Positions 37,564 to 46,399 of a stretch of 64,000 nucleotides of DNA are shown in pieces; position 1 is the stretch's first letter; each line of letters opens with the position of its first letter. Below the pieces are notes generated by a model. That model was not told the DNA's origin and made no database searches. It saw only the letters and a program-made list of their open reading frames with translations. Both the position numbers and the translations under genes were made by a program. Source of the stretch: Candidatus Aenigmatarchaeota archaeon (lineage in GTDB: Archaea; Aenigmatarchaeota; Aenigmatarchaeia; GW2011-AR5); contig JACPJW010000001.1 of assembly GCA_016187335.1 (NCBI GenBank), positions 416,001 to 480,000 of the forward strand, in the 5' to 3' direction.

Positions 37564-38634
37564 ATGAATTCTTCAGATGCACTTCTCAGGGAGCTTTCTC
37601 CTTATTTCATACCGCCTGAAAAGACCCGTGCAAGGCAGCGTTTCGGCGGCTTTGATGCGGCGAAAACAACATTCAGGGATGCGAAGGTCATCGTATACGG
37701 CGTGCCGTTTGAAGGCACACAGACATATCATGCGGGCAGTCACCTCGGGCCGTGGGCAATCAGGGACGTAACGGGCAACCAGCTTGAACCCTTTGTAATC
37801 GACCAGGGAATCGATCCTTATGCCGCAGTCGGAGTTTTTGATATCGGCGACTTCAAACTTCGCGTTTATAGAAACGATAGAAAACTGATTTATGATGTAA
37901 TGCATCCTTCTGTCAGGGCAACCAAAAGGCAGATAGAAGCAGCCAAAGCCAGAGTAAACAGGGCTGTTGAAAAGCTAGGTAGCCTGGAAAGAATTACCGA
38001 AATGCTGAGGAATGAAGGCAAAGTTCCGCTCATGCTTGGAGGCGAGCATCTGGTTTCTTTGTGGCCTATCAGGGGCGTTTCCAGAGAAAATCCTGTAGTT
38101 CTTCATTTTGACGCTCATATGGACATGAAAAGACAGTATTTAGGCGTCGTTTATTCTCATACAACACCGATGTATCATGTGATTTACGGCGACAAGCCTG
38201 TTGAGGGCAGGGATTTTGTCCAGATAGGAATAAGGCAGGCGTCACCTGATGAGATTGGTAACGCCAAGGAAAAAGGCGTAAATGTTTTTTATTCGCTGAA
38301 ACACACATGGAGAGGAATAGAATCGCAGTTTTCGGATGAAATGATAGCTGATGTGAAAACCTTTGTAAGGGAAATCACGCATGGCAGGCGGGTTTACGTG
38401 ACATTTGATATGGACGTTTTGGATTGCCCTTACGTCCCATTCAGTGGAACTCCCGAGCCTTTTGGAATAACTCCGCTACAGGCTTACAAAATATTTCAGT
38501 CAATAGATGACGGTGCCGAAATAATAGGCATGGATTTTGTTGAAACAAGTTCTGATGGCAAAAGCACAATAGAAGGAGCTGTTGCCTCGCATCTGATTCT
38601 AAGAATGCTCTGCCACCCTTCACTGAGGCGCTAA
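37564..38634 (+). CDS. speB: Agmatinase/arginase-family ureohydrolase
   Basis: GSHLGPWAIR, GGEHLVS, HFDAHMD, QIGIR, TFDMDVLD, SGTPEPFG. Confidence 0.88.
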   Translation: MNSSDALLRELSPYFIPPEKTRARQRFGGFDAAKTTFRDAKVIVYGVPFEGTQTYHAGSHLGPWAIRDVTGNQLEPFVIDQGIDPYAAVGVFDIGDFKLRVYRNDRKLIYDVMHPSVRATKRQIEAAKARVNRAVEKLGSLERITEMLRNEGKVPLMLGGEHLVSLWPIRGVSRENPVVLHFDAHMDMKRQYLGVVYSHTTPMYHVIYGDKPVEGRDFVQIGIRQASPDEIGNAKEKGVNVFYSLKHTWRGIESQFSDEMIADVKTFVREITHGRRVYVTFDMDVLDCPYVPFSGTPEPFGITPLQAYKIFQSIDDGAEIIGMDFVETSSDGKSTIEGAVASHLILRMLCHPSLRR

Positions 38635-39332
38635 ACCCAAACCCCCAGCAATGAGCCGATAAGGAAGCCTGTCAATGCCGCTGCCATCCCGACCAAGGAC
38701 ATCTCTATTCCGCTCTTCCACCATGTGCCCAGAGTCATCTTCGCCTTGACGGAGCCGGCGATGAACAAAGTGATAGTTGAAATTATTACGGAAACAATTA
38801 TAGCATCCTTTATCGGTATGAAGAAGAAAGGCAGCAGCGGTATCAGCGAGCCGATGATAGCTGAGAATCCTACGACGAATGCGCTTTTTGTCGGGTTCTC
38901 AGAGTCCTCAGGCGATACGTGAAGTTCCTCTGTCATCATCGTGTCCAGCCACACCTTCTTGTCGGACGTGATTTTGTCCACTATTTTTTTCAGCGGGGCG
39001 CCGCGGAATCCTTTCCTGTAATAAATGTCGCGAATTTCCTTCCTTTCGACATGCGGCAGTTCCCTTATCTCCTTCATCTCCCTTTCCTTTTCGCTTTTGT
39101 AGAAATCCCTGCTTGCCTTGAAGGACGTGTAAGCGACAGCTGCCATGGAAATGCTCTCCGCAAAGGTGGCGGCAATGCCGGCAATAATGACTATTCTGGC
39201 GTCCTGCACGGCTGTCGCGACACCGAGAATGATTCCCAGAACATTGACGAGGCCGTCCTGCCCGCCGAGGATGAAGTCGCGCAGCGTAGAGCCGCTCTTG
39301 TGCATTTCCCTGTGAACGTCTGCTGACGACAT
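38631..39332 (-). CDS. VIT1/CCC1-family metal transporter
   Basis: LRDFILGGQDGLV, AESISMAAVAY, PTKSA, GSLIPLLPF. Confidence 0.92.
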   Translation of the reverse strand: MSSADVHREMHKSGSTLRDFILGGQDGLVNVLGIILGVATAVQDARIVIIAGIAATFAESISMAAVAYTSFKASRDFYKSEKEREMKEIRELPHVERKEIRDIYYRKGFRGAPLKKIVDKITSDKKVWLDTMMTEELHVSPEDSENPTKSAFVVGFSAIIGSLIPLLPFFFIPIKDAIIVSVIISTITLFIAGSVKAKMTLGTWWKSGIEMSLVGMAAALTGFLIGSLLGVWV

Positions 39333-39397
39333 GGTTTTCTCTTGGCGAAAACGTGATTTAAAGATTTTAGTTGAGTTTTAGTGTAGCATTAGTTCAT

Positions 39398-39661
39398 GCG
39401 CCCGTAGCTCAGCTTGGCAAACTTTGCTACTCCAAAGTTTGATCAAAAGAGGTCTGTGACGAAGTTTGAGCAAATAGAGCACTTCTCTCCTAGAGGTGAA
39501 TTGAGCGCAACGGAAGACTGAAGTTTCTGAAGAAACTTCAGCCGGTTTTGTGCGATGATAATTTCCTGAAGTGAGGAAGGGGCCGCGCGTTCGAATGCAC
39601 CCTTTCTTGGAAAGAAAGCGTGCACGGAAAGAAAAGGGTGCCGAATATCGCGCCGGGCGCG
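39398..39661 (+). tRNA. tRNA-Arg(CCU) with three introns (19/20: 39418-39473; 37/38: 39493-39573; 59/60: 39596-39647)
   Basis: GCGCCCG/CGGGCGC + G73; spliced D-loop AGCTTGGATA; CTTCT-CT CCT AA-GGAAG; GCGCG-TTCGAAT-CGCGC. BHB central helices GCTT/GAGC, CTCC/GAAG (one mismatch), TTCG/CGAA. Confidence 0.92.
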
Positions 39662-39664
39662 CTT

Positions 39665-39967
39665 ATGTTCCATTACAGAGATCCGATAAGGGAAATAGCG
39701 GAAGAAGACGGATATTTCCTCACCGAGACAGCCGAAGGTATGAATCTTGCCTTGAAGACAATCTTAGGCTTTGCAAGCATAATACTCAGGGAACTGGAAG
39801 GGGGGAAATGTTATGTAAAAATAGTACTTGAGCCTCCTAGAGGTTTATCAAGGACAGCCGAAGAAATTTTTGAAAGTCCTTATTCCGCGGCCGGATATGT
39901 TGCAAAATGGATGTGCGGACCTATCTATACGGATCTGGTTCAAGAAGTTGAGGCGTTAATTCTCTAA
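39665..39967 (+). CDS. Hypothetical protein, 100 aa (start re-placed after the tRNA)
   Basis: ATG at 39665, 4 nt after tRNA-Arg; the ORF-track extension overlaps the tRNA intron. Confidence 0.5.
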   Translation: MFHYRDPIREIAEEDGYFLTETAEGMNLALKTILGFASIILRELEGGKCYVKIVLEPPRGLSRTAEEIFESPYSAAGYVAKWMCGPIYTDLVQEVEALIL

Positions 39968-40001
39968 TCTTTATATTCCGCCTTCGCACAAAAGATTCAT
40001 T

Positions 40002-41339
40002 ATGAGGAAATATCTGTTATCAATAGTCCTGCTGCTGCTTTCGTCTGTACCTGTTTTTGCAGTGGGCAACCTCACGGTTTTCAGCGTTCCTTTATCACAG
40101 CCGGCTGTCTACGCAAACACCAACCAGTCCGTTAACGTCCTTAACCTGACCCTGAACGTGACGGCGGGCAGCGGCGCGGACGGCGTCATCAACATAACTG
40201 TCATCAATATTACGGTGACCAACAGCAGCGAAGGCAACCTGTCAGCGGGCAATATATCAGCGGTTGAGGTCAGGAACAGCACGGGGTTCCCGATAGCAAG
40301 GAACACAACAGTCAATCCTGCAAACAACATGACGTTCACGATTTCAATCCCGGGAGGGCTGACCATAAACACATCTAATGCGACCATATGGATTGCCATC
40401 AACATATCAAGGTCGGCGGCGCGCTTCCTGAACATATCAGTGAACATAACGGGTCCCGGGGAAATAGGCACGAACAGCTCTGTGAACAATATCACGATAT
40501 CAGGCGTTTCAATAAAGTCAAACGGCGTGCAGATACAGAATTTACATTCAAACTCAACAATATCGCCGCGCTTTGTGGACACGGGCGTTGAGAACCAGTC
40601 GTTCACTTACACCTTGGTTCCGCCGACTGGAACGGATGCAATAAAGAACGTCAGTATTTCGTTCCCGGCCAATTACACCTTGTCCAAGCTCATTTCAATA
40701 ATGGTTGGCGGCGGCGTCCCGGACGGCGCGACAAACAATACAGCCGTCAACGGCATAAACATTTCCCTGAGCACGGCCACGACCCAGACAATACAGGTAA
40801 ACTTCACCGCCAACACTTCCGTCAATCCTATCCAGAACAGGGCGTTCTCATCAACCCTGGACGGAGGAAACCTCTCTGCCGTGTCAACTGATCCCACGCT
40901 GGAAGGGGTGAATGTAAGCACACAGCCCATACTGAACCTTACGAACGTCACCCTGGTAAAAAGCACTGCAATAATCAACGGCACCGATTACTGGGAATTC
41001 AATTTCACTTTGAATTACACTGCCAACATATCAACAGGAGGCCTGATTCAGTTCAGGCTCACGGACTGGAACACTTCTTCCGGCAGCACGCTTGCATTGA
41101 ACAATTCATTGTGCGATGGCAGCAGGTGCGCGTCCCTGAGGAACGAGACAACCATGAACACCACAGGGAAATTCAACATAACGAATGATTACGAATCTTT
41201 CACAAAGGGAATCACCATATCGTCCATAACACAGGGCACCCTGACAATACTGGTCTTGAGAATGGTAATACCTTCAAATGCCCCGACATCATCCAACTGG
41301 CAGGCTGCTTACGGATTTTTGTTCAGGTCAAGCCCTTGA
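40002..41339 (+). CDS. Secreted Asn/Thr/Ser-rich surface glycoprotein (beta-rich)
   Basis: Sec-type signal peptide; very high density of N-x-S/T sequons. Confidence 0.75.
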   Translation: MRKYLLSIVLLLLSSVPVFAVGNLTVFSVPLSQPAVYANTNQSVNVLNLTLNVTAGSGADGVINITVINITVTNSSEGNLSAGNISAVEVRNSTGFPIARNTTVNPANNMTFTISIPGGLTINTSNATIWIAINISRSAARFLNISVNITGPGEIGTNSSVNNITISGVSIKSNGVQIQNLHSNSTISPRFVDTGVENQSFTYTLVPPTGTDAIKNVSISFPANYTLSKLISIMVGGGVPDGATNNTAVNGINISLSTATTQTIQVNFTANTSVNPIQNRAFSSTLDGGNLSAVSTDPTLEGVNVSTQPILNLTNVTLVKSTAIINGTDYWEFNFTLNYTANISTGGLIQFRLTDWNTSSGSTLALNNSLCDGSRCASLRNETTMNTTGKFNITNDYESFTKGITISSITQGTLTILVLRMVIPSNAPTSSNWQAAYGFLFRSSP

Positions 41340-41360
41340 CGTTTTTAATAGTGATGCTGA

Positions 41361-42572
41361 ATGGATTATCGCCTTTCAATACTTTTAGCTGCGGCATGCC
41401 TGCTTCTGCTGTCCTTCGTTTCCAGAGGAGAAACAACCGGCAATGTAAGCATCTCAACGCAGGGAAATATTTCCCCGTCAACAGGGGTTTACGGATATGT
41501 AGCTCCCGGCGGATGCAACAGCAACGCGGAGTGCTACGACTATAAATGCTTCCAGGATTTTTTGGTGCCATCCGGAAACAAGACCGGCAGGTGCGACGTC
41601 CCGGCAACCACAAAATGCTTTCACAGCGGGACAGGCTATTCAACCGGCACTTATTATTGCTCGGCTAACACATCGTATTACCGGTGCGATACAGGCGGCA
41701 ACGGAAGCTGGACAGGCGCGTTTTCGTGCTCGTCAGGCCAGACGTGTTCTGTTGATAGTACGTCGTCTTCAGCCCCTTGCTCAACATCGTCGCCTTCAAG
41801 CAGCTCAAGCAGCAGCGGAGGCGGAGGCACAGCAATAAAGAAAGCCTCTGTCCAGCTTGTCTCGGGCATAGCCGGCTTTGAAATTTATCAGGAGGAAGAT
41901 GTCAACAAAACGGTTATCGTGAAAAACAACGGCGATTATGTCCTTGGCAATGTCTACCTTGACATACAGGGAATTCCTTTTGCTTCCGTCCTTACGGGCA
42001 GCAGCGAGATCAATTTGTCAAAAAATTACAACTTCACCGTGTCTTTCATGCCCAAAAACTCTACTGAAATCAGGACGTACCCCGCCAATGCAACGGTTTA
42101 TACCAACTTCACCAATACGACGGCAAACTTTTCCTTCACAGTCAAAGTACTCCCAAGCAACAGGACCGTTTCAGAGTCAATCATTCCCGCGTACGCAGAA
42201 TATATCAACCTTTCTCTGGAATACGAAAAGAACGTAACGGCCCTGGAAAAGGAAGGGCATAACCTCACGGATGCGAGGGCGATTCTTACGACAATAAAGG
42301 CAAAGATGCAGGACATCAACCAGTCGATATCCAAGAAGGACTACTTTTCTGCTGCATCCCAGATCAGCGAGGTGAAGGTTCTTTTTGATGAGCTCCAGAA
42401 AACCATTTCAAAATCCGAAAAGCCGAAAGGAACGGATATAATAATTTATCTGGCCGTCGCCGCTGCCATTCTGGTGGCAGTTATTCTGGCCTACCTTCTG
42501 TGGCCGTCAAAGCAGCAAAGAAGAGTTTTTCAGGGCCAGCAGTATTCGCAAGCAGCAGTAATTAAGCAATAG
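41361..42572 (+). CDS. Membrane-anchored surface protein: Cys-rich domain, Ser/Gly linker, Ig/CARDB-like domain, coiled coil, C-terminal TM
   Basis: Signal peptide; multiple Cys; SSSSSSSGGGG linker; VIVKNNG; terminal IIIYLAVAAAILVAVILAYLLW. Confidence 0.75.
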   Translation: MDYRLSILLAAACLLLLSFVSRGETTGNVSISTQGNISPSTGVYGYVAPGGCNSNAECYDYKCFQDFLVPSGNKTGRCDVPATTKCFHSGTGYSTGTYYCSANTSYYRCDTGGNGSWTGAFSCSSGQTCSVDSTSSSAPCSTSSPSSSSSSSGGGGTAIKKASVQLVSGIAGFEIYQEEDVNKTVIVKNNGDYVLGNVYLDIQGIPFASVLTGSSEINLSKNYNFTVSFMPKNSTEIRTYPANATVYTNFTNTTANFSFTVKVLPSNRTVSESIIPAYAEYINLSLEYEKNVTALEKEGHNLTDARAILTTIKAKMQDINQSISKKDYFSAASQISEVKVLFDELQKTISKSEKPKGTDIIIYLAVAAAILVAVILAYLLWPSKQQRRVFQGQQYSQAAVIKQ

Positions 42573-42927
42573 AGATCCGGCCGGCGTCAGCGGCTGGTGG
42601 TTTCTTTCCCTGAACCGACCTTTCTGCGGCAAACTTGCAGAGGATGACAAATCTGCTGTTCAGTTCGCCGCGGTCAAGCTTGTTTTCAAAAATCACGGAA
42701 GCCAGTTTTCTCGCCTCTGAAATTATTTCGTCGTTGGAAAAAACCCTGTCGTTTTTCCCCCTTATCCTGCGCAGGTATTGCGATATTGCCGGCTGCGATA
42801 TTCCCATCAGCCTTGCGGCCTCGCTCTGGTTAAGATTGTAGCCCTCAATAAGCTCTCTGGCTATCAATGATCTCAGAGACGGAACTATTTCGCTGGCAAT
42901 CAGTTCCCATTCAATTTTCATTTTCAA
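42562..42927 (-). CDS. Archaeal HTH transcriptional regulator (COG2522-like)
   Basis: IVPSLRSLIARELIEGYNLNQSEAARLMGISQPAISQYL. Confidence 0.85.
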   Translation of the reverse strand: MKMKIEWELIASEIVPSLRSLIARELIEGYNLNQSEAARLMGISQPAISQYLRRIRGKNDRVFSNDEIISEARKLASVIFENKLDRGELNSRFVILCKFAAERSVQGKKPPAADAGRISIA

Positions 42928-42999
42928 TCACCGATGCAAGGAGAAGCAAAGCTTCTATGATAAGAGATTGAAACAAACGTTTTTAAGCCTGATAAGTTT

Positions 43000-43107
43000 C
43001 TAGAATTTTATTATACCGAGGGCTATGAGGCCTGTCACCAGAACGATGGCCGTTATGAGTATCCAGAAATAAGTGTAAACGTAATCATGCGTCGACTTTT
43101 CTTTCAT
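43000..43107 (-). CDS. Possible 35-aa single-TM microprotein
   Basis: MKEKSTHDYVYTYFWILITAIVLVTGLIALGIIKF; manual translation. Confidence 0.4.
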   Translation of the reverse strand: MKEKSTHDYVYTYFWILITAIVLVTGLIALGIIKF

Positions 43108-43162
43108 AATCAGAACCCATCATGTTAATTAATTTTATTTAGTCGGTTCCGGTACCTCCGAC

Positions 43163-43687
43163 TTATTTCTTCATCATCAGGGGCTCCCCTTTTTCAGGGT
43201 AATGCACGTCAATCAGCTCGTAATCCTGCAGTACGCGGGCCCACTGCTCTACAAGGCCTTCATGGACGCCGAATTTCTTCGCGGCGTCTTTCAGTTTCAC
43301 CTTTTTGTTTTTCATCACCAGGTCAAACAGCTCGTCCAGAGGCGCCTTGTAATCCTTCTTCAAATCAGCAATAACCTTTTCATTGCTCACGATGCCTTCC
43401 TTGGCGACTCTTTCAAAGAACTTTGCATTATCAATGATTATCTGCTTTGCAGGCTTGACAATGCTTTCTTTTACCGGCTCTGAAATGCTTGGCAGCTTTC
43501 TCAGAATATCCTTGTATCTTTCAAGAAGAAAATCCCTGTCGCTTTTCAGCTCGATGTTTTCTTTTTTCAGCTTGATTATAGTATCCTTCATGATGGAGAA
43601 GGATTCCTCCATGCGCTGCATCCTCCTGTTCATTTCCCTTTCAAGTCTGGCAATTTTTTTTTCGGCGTCGTCAGCGAATAGAGGCAT
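43163..43687 (-). CDS. Hypothetical coiled-coil protein with C-terminal winged-HTH-like region
   Basis: Heptad repeats, then LDELFDLVMKNKKVKLKDAAKKFGV...WARVLQD. Confidence 0.65.
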   Translation of the reverse strand: MPLFADDAEKKIARLEREMNRRMQRMEESFSIMKDTIIKLKKENIELKSDRDFLLERYKDILRKLPSISEPVKESIVKPAKQIIIDNAKFFERVAKEGIVSNEKVIADLKKDYKAPLDELFDLVMKNKKVKLKDAAKKFGVHEGLVEQWARVLQDYELIDVHYPEKGEPLMMKK

Positions 43688-43747
43688 AAGAAAAAATTCT
43701 TTTGATATTTTTTAAAGCTTATAACGAACGGGAGCGAACACATATGC

Positions 43748-44548
43748 ATGTACGTTGTCAAGGCCGACGGCCGGCGCGAGACTTTCAGCAAAGAGAAAAT
43801 AATAAATACATGCCTCAAGGCCGGAACCGACAGGAAGAAGGCTGAGGAAATATCAGGAAAAGTTTTTTCGTCCGTCAAAGACGGGATTGCCACGAAGGAA
43901 ATATACAGAATGATTCTGAATCTTCTTGAAAAAGCGAGCCATAGGTCATCTTTCTTTTTCCGCCTCAGGGACGCAATAGCAAAGCTCGATTCTGAAAGCT
44001 ATGAACTCTATGTAAAAGAGCTTTTGGAATCCATGGGCTACAAATGCTCGTGGAATAAAATCATTGCCGGAAAATCCGTGGAGCATCAGGTTGATATTGT
44101 TGCAAAAAACGCGAAAGGCAGAATGTTTCTTGTTGAATGCAAAAGGCACGTGAACCCCCACAGGTTCTGCGGCCTGGGCGTCATTTTGCAGGTCCAGGCG
44201 CGCCTTGAGGACATAGATGACGGCTTCGAATCAGGGAAAAATAATTGCAGGTTTGACCAGGCGTGGATATTCAACAACACGAAATTCTCGGAGCACGCAA
44301 AGCAGTACGCTGCGGCAAAAAATATCCTCCTGAGCGGATGGGGGTACAAAGGAAGCATTTCTATAGAAAAGCTTGCTGGCAGGAACAGGATATATCCCGT
44401 GACGCTGCTGAAAGCAGACAATTCAACAATACAGCAGCTGCTCCGTCAGAAAATAATCACGGTGGAGGATGTCCTGAAAGAAAAGATAAGCATGCCGAAG
44501 AGCGTTGCCGATGAGCTCAGGAAGCAGGCACGTATCATTCTTTCTTAA
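43748..44548 (+). CDS. ATP-cone domain fused to Mrr-like PD-(D/E)xK restriction endonuclease domain
   Basis: MYVVKADGRRETFSKEKI (ATP cone); SYELYVKELL, QVDIVAK, FLVECK, NTKFS. Confidence 0.85.
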   Translation: MYVVKADGRRETFSKEKIINTCLKAGTDRKKAEEISGKVFSSVKDGIATKEIYRMILNLLEKASHRSSFFFRLRDAIAKLDSESYELYVKELLESMGYKCSWNKIIAGKSVEHQVDIVAKNAKGRMFLVECKRHVNPHRFCGLGVILQVQARLEDIDDGFESGKNNCRFDQAWIFNNTKFSEHAKQYAAAKNILLSGWGYKGSISIEKLAGRNRIYPVTLLKADNSTIQQLLRQKIITVEDVLKEKISMPKSVADELRKQARIILS

Positions 44549-44573
44549 AAATTATCTGTGCAGTTATTAGCAG

Positions 44574-44678
44574 GCCGGCGTCGCATAATCTGGTGGTGCA
44601 CTGATTGCATGCGAAGCAAGTGTATGTCTCGAAAACCAGCGGGCTCTGCCCATGCAGGTTCAAATCCTGCCGCCGGCG
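44574..44678 (+). tRNA. tRNA-Ser(CGA) with one anticodon-stem intron (29/30: 44604-44625)
   Basis: GCCGGCG/CGCCGGC + G73; CTG|GT-CT CGA AA-ACCAG; long variable arm GGGC-TCT-GCCC; BHB GCAC/GTGT, outer helix TTGC/GCAA. Confidence 0.92.
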
Positions 44679-44682
44679 CTTT

Positions 44683-45150
44683 ATGATAGAAATAAAACTA
44701 GCTGCTGAAAAGGATAGGCAAGGCTTTGAAAATCTGGCTGCAGAAAGAGACAAAGAAATAAGGCAGCGCAGGGCAAAAAATTACTGGGGCAAAAAATTCA
44801 CGAAGCTTGTCATGGAAAAGAGGCTGGTAATTAGCCTTGACAAAGGCAAGCCATCAGGATTTCTTTATTTTACATTCGAATTTATCGACTATCCTGCGGC
44901 GTACGTTGAGCTTATTTTTGTTTCAAAGAAGAGCCGGAGAAAGGGTTCAGCCTTGTATTTGTTGAATAGATTCGAGCGGCTCGCGTCAGAAAACGGTTTT
45001 GTCAATGTATTTTCCAGCACAAATCCAAGCAACAGGATCTCGCTGAAATTGCACAAGAAGCTCGGCTACAAAGAATGCGGCTTTATCTACGGCATAGAAA
45101 ACAGGCGCAGCAAGGAGATTTTTCTCTCAAAAGAACTGAAAAAAACCTAA
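44683..45150 (+). CDS. GNAT-family N-acetyltransferase (start re-placed at ATG 44683)
   Basis: YVELIFVSKKSRRKGSA acetyl-CoA loop; STNPSNRISLKLHKKLGY. Confidence 0.85.
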   Translation: MIEIKLAAEKDRQGFENLAAERDKEIRQRRAKNYWGKKFTKLVMEKRLVISLDKGKPSGFLYFTFEFIDYPAAYVELIFVSKKSRRKGSALYLLNRFERLASENGFVNVFSSTNPSNRISLKLHKKLGYKECGFIYGIENRRSKEIFLSKELKKT

Positions 45151-45191
45151 ACTTCCTTTTTAAGTTTTGAAACAAGTTCTTAGTATTTCAT

Positions 45192-45451
45192 GCCGGGATA
45201 CCGAAATCAGGTCTCTCAAGATAAGAGTGAAGAAATTCACGATGATTGCCTTTCATTGGTAAACGGGCCAGTGCAGTTCCGCTTCAAAGAAGCGGTGCGG
45301 CCAACCTTGAGAGCTGGTGCGCCTTCGGCGCGTGGGGGTTCAAAGCACCCTTTCTTTTTGCAAAAGAAAGCGTGCGCGGAAAGAAAAGCAACTTTTCAGA
45401 AAAGTTGCATCAAAAATAAAGGAAAGGGCTGTGAAATTCCCTCTCCCGGCG
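45192..45451 (+). tRNA. tRNA-Ser(UGA) with three introns (17/17a: 45209-45256; 30/31: 45272-45304; 59/60: 45345-45437)
   Basis: GCCGGGA/TCCCGGC + G73; spliced D-loop AATCTGGTAA; CCAG|C-CT TGA GA-GCTGG; long variable arm. BHB central helices GAAA/TTTC, GGCC/GGCC, TTCA/TGAA. Confidence 0.92.
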
Positions 45452-46054
45452 CTTTTTTCTTGAAGATGCAAGAAGCTTTTAAAATAACCATTTCTAATTA
45501 TAAACATGGCAAGCGATTTTTACCGCCAGCTGGGGTCAGGCGTTGCCAGCCTGACGTTCGGCGTTGCGCTTTCCGTATTCATTTACGCTGCCGCTTCTGG
45601 TGCGGCAAGCAGCCTGCAGTCATGGCTGCTCTTTGCGGCATCGTTCCTGCTGATGCTCAGGTTCTGGTGGCGGTACAGCGAACTTTTCGTGCAGTTCCTG
45701 CCGTCCCGCACGTTTTCGCATTTCCTGTTTGACTTTGCGATTTCATTCTTCGGCATTCTGGCAGTGCTTTTTGTAAGCGCTATGCAGACATGGGCAGCCT
45801 TGGGGGCACTGGCTATGCTTTCAAGCGCGATACGATGCAGGCTTTCGTGGAACGAAGCATCCAAGGATGTAAAGGCAAAGCTGAAAAGAACTTTTGCAGG
45901 AGCATTGGCGATGCTTTTTGTCTTCGCTGCGATATACGCCCTTGCACCGGTCTTTGATCAGATTTTGCTTGCTGCATTAGTATTTCTCATAGTTCTGCTG
46001 TTCGTTGTTTACGCCTCAAGAAAGCCGTGATTTTGAAATCTCCCGGCGCTTTTT
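45442..46054. mobile_element. Possible one-gene islet bounded by a 16-bp direct repeat of the tRNA-Ser(UGA) 3' end
   Basis: TCTCCCGGCGCTTTTT at 45442-45457 and 46039-46054; no integrase in the interval. Confidence 0.45.
45506..46030 (+). CDS. Hypothetical integral membrane protein (about 6 TM)
   Basis: Successive hydrophobic helices; no recognised family. Confidence 0.75.
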   Translation: MASDFYRQLGSGVASLTFGVALSVFIYAAASGAASSLQSWLLFAASFLLMLRFWWRYSELFVQFLPSRTFSHFLFDFAISFFGILAVLFVSAMQTWAALGALAMLSSAIRCRLSWNEASKDVKAKLKRTFAGALAMLFVFAAIYALAPVFDQILLAALVFLIVLLFVVYASRKP

Positions 46055-46135
46055 ATATTCTGAAGAATATATGTCAGCCAAGACAAAAGTATTTAAATCT
46101 TTAATCACTAATAAGTAGTATCAAAATTATGAGGT

Positions 46136-46399
46136 GTGGATATGGTAGAACATTTCATTGGAAAGATATCAACTCAAGTTCTTACGGATTTAAATAGAGG
46201 CAGGGATACGTGGGAAGTTCCATATGAAGCCGTGATTTATGTAAAGGAAGGTCCAGAAGCATGTGGACAGGTTCTTGGAATAGTTCCGGGACTTAGCCCT
46301 GATATGAGAATGCGTACAATGAGCGTTTATGCAGGCAGAAAATTCGTGTCAAAGCCTTCAGAACACGGCTACAAAGATATTTTCGAAATCGTGGAATAG
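46136..46399 (+). CDS. Hypothetical protein, 87 aa
   Basis: AT-richer ORF preceded by GAGGTG SD. Confidence 0.5.
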   Translation: MDMVEHFIGKISTQVLTDLNRGRDTWEVPYEAVIYVKEGPEACGQVLGIVPGLSPDMRMRTMSVYAGRKFVSKPSEHGYKDIFEIVE

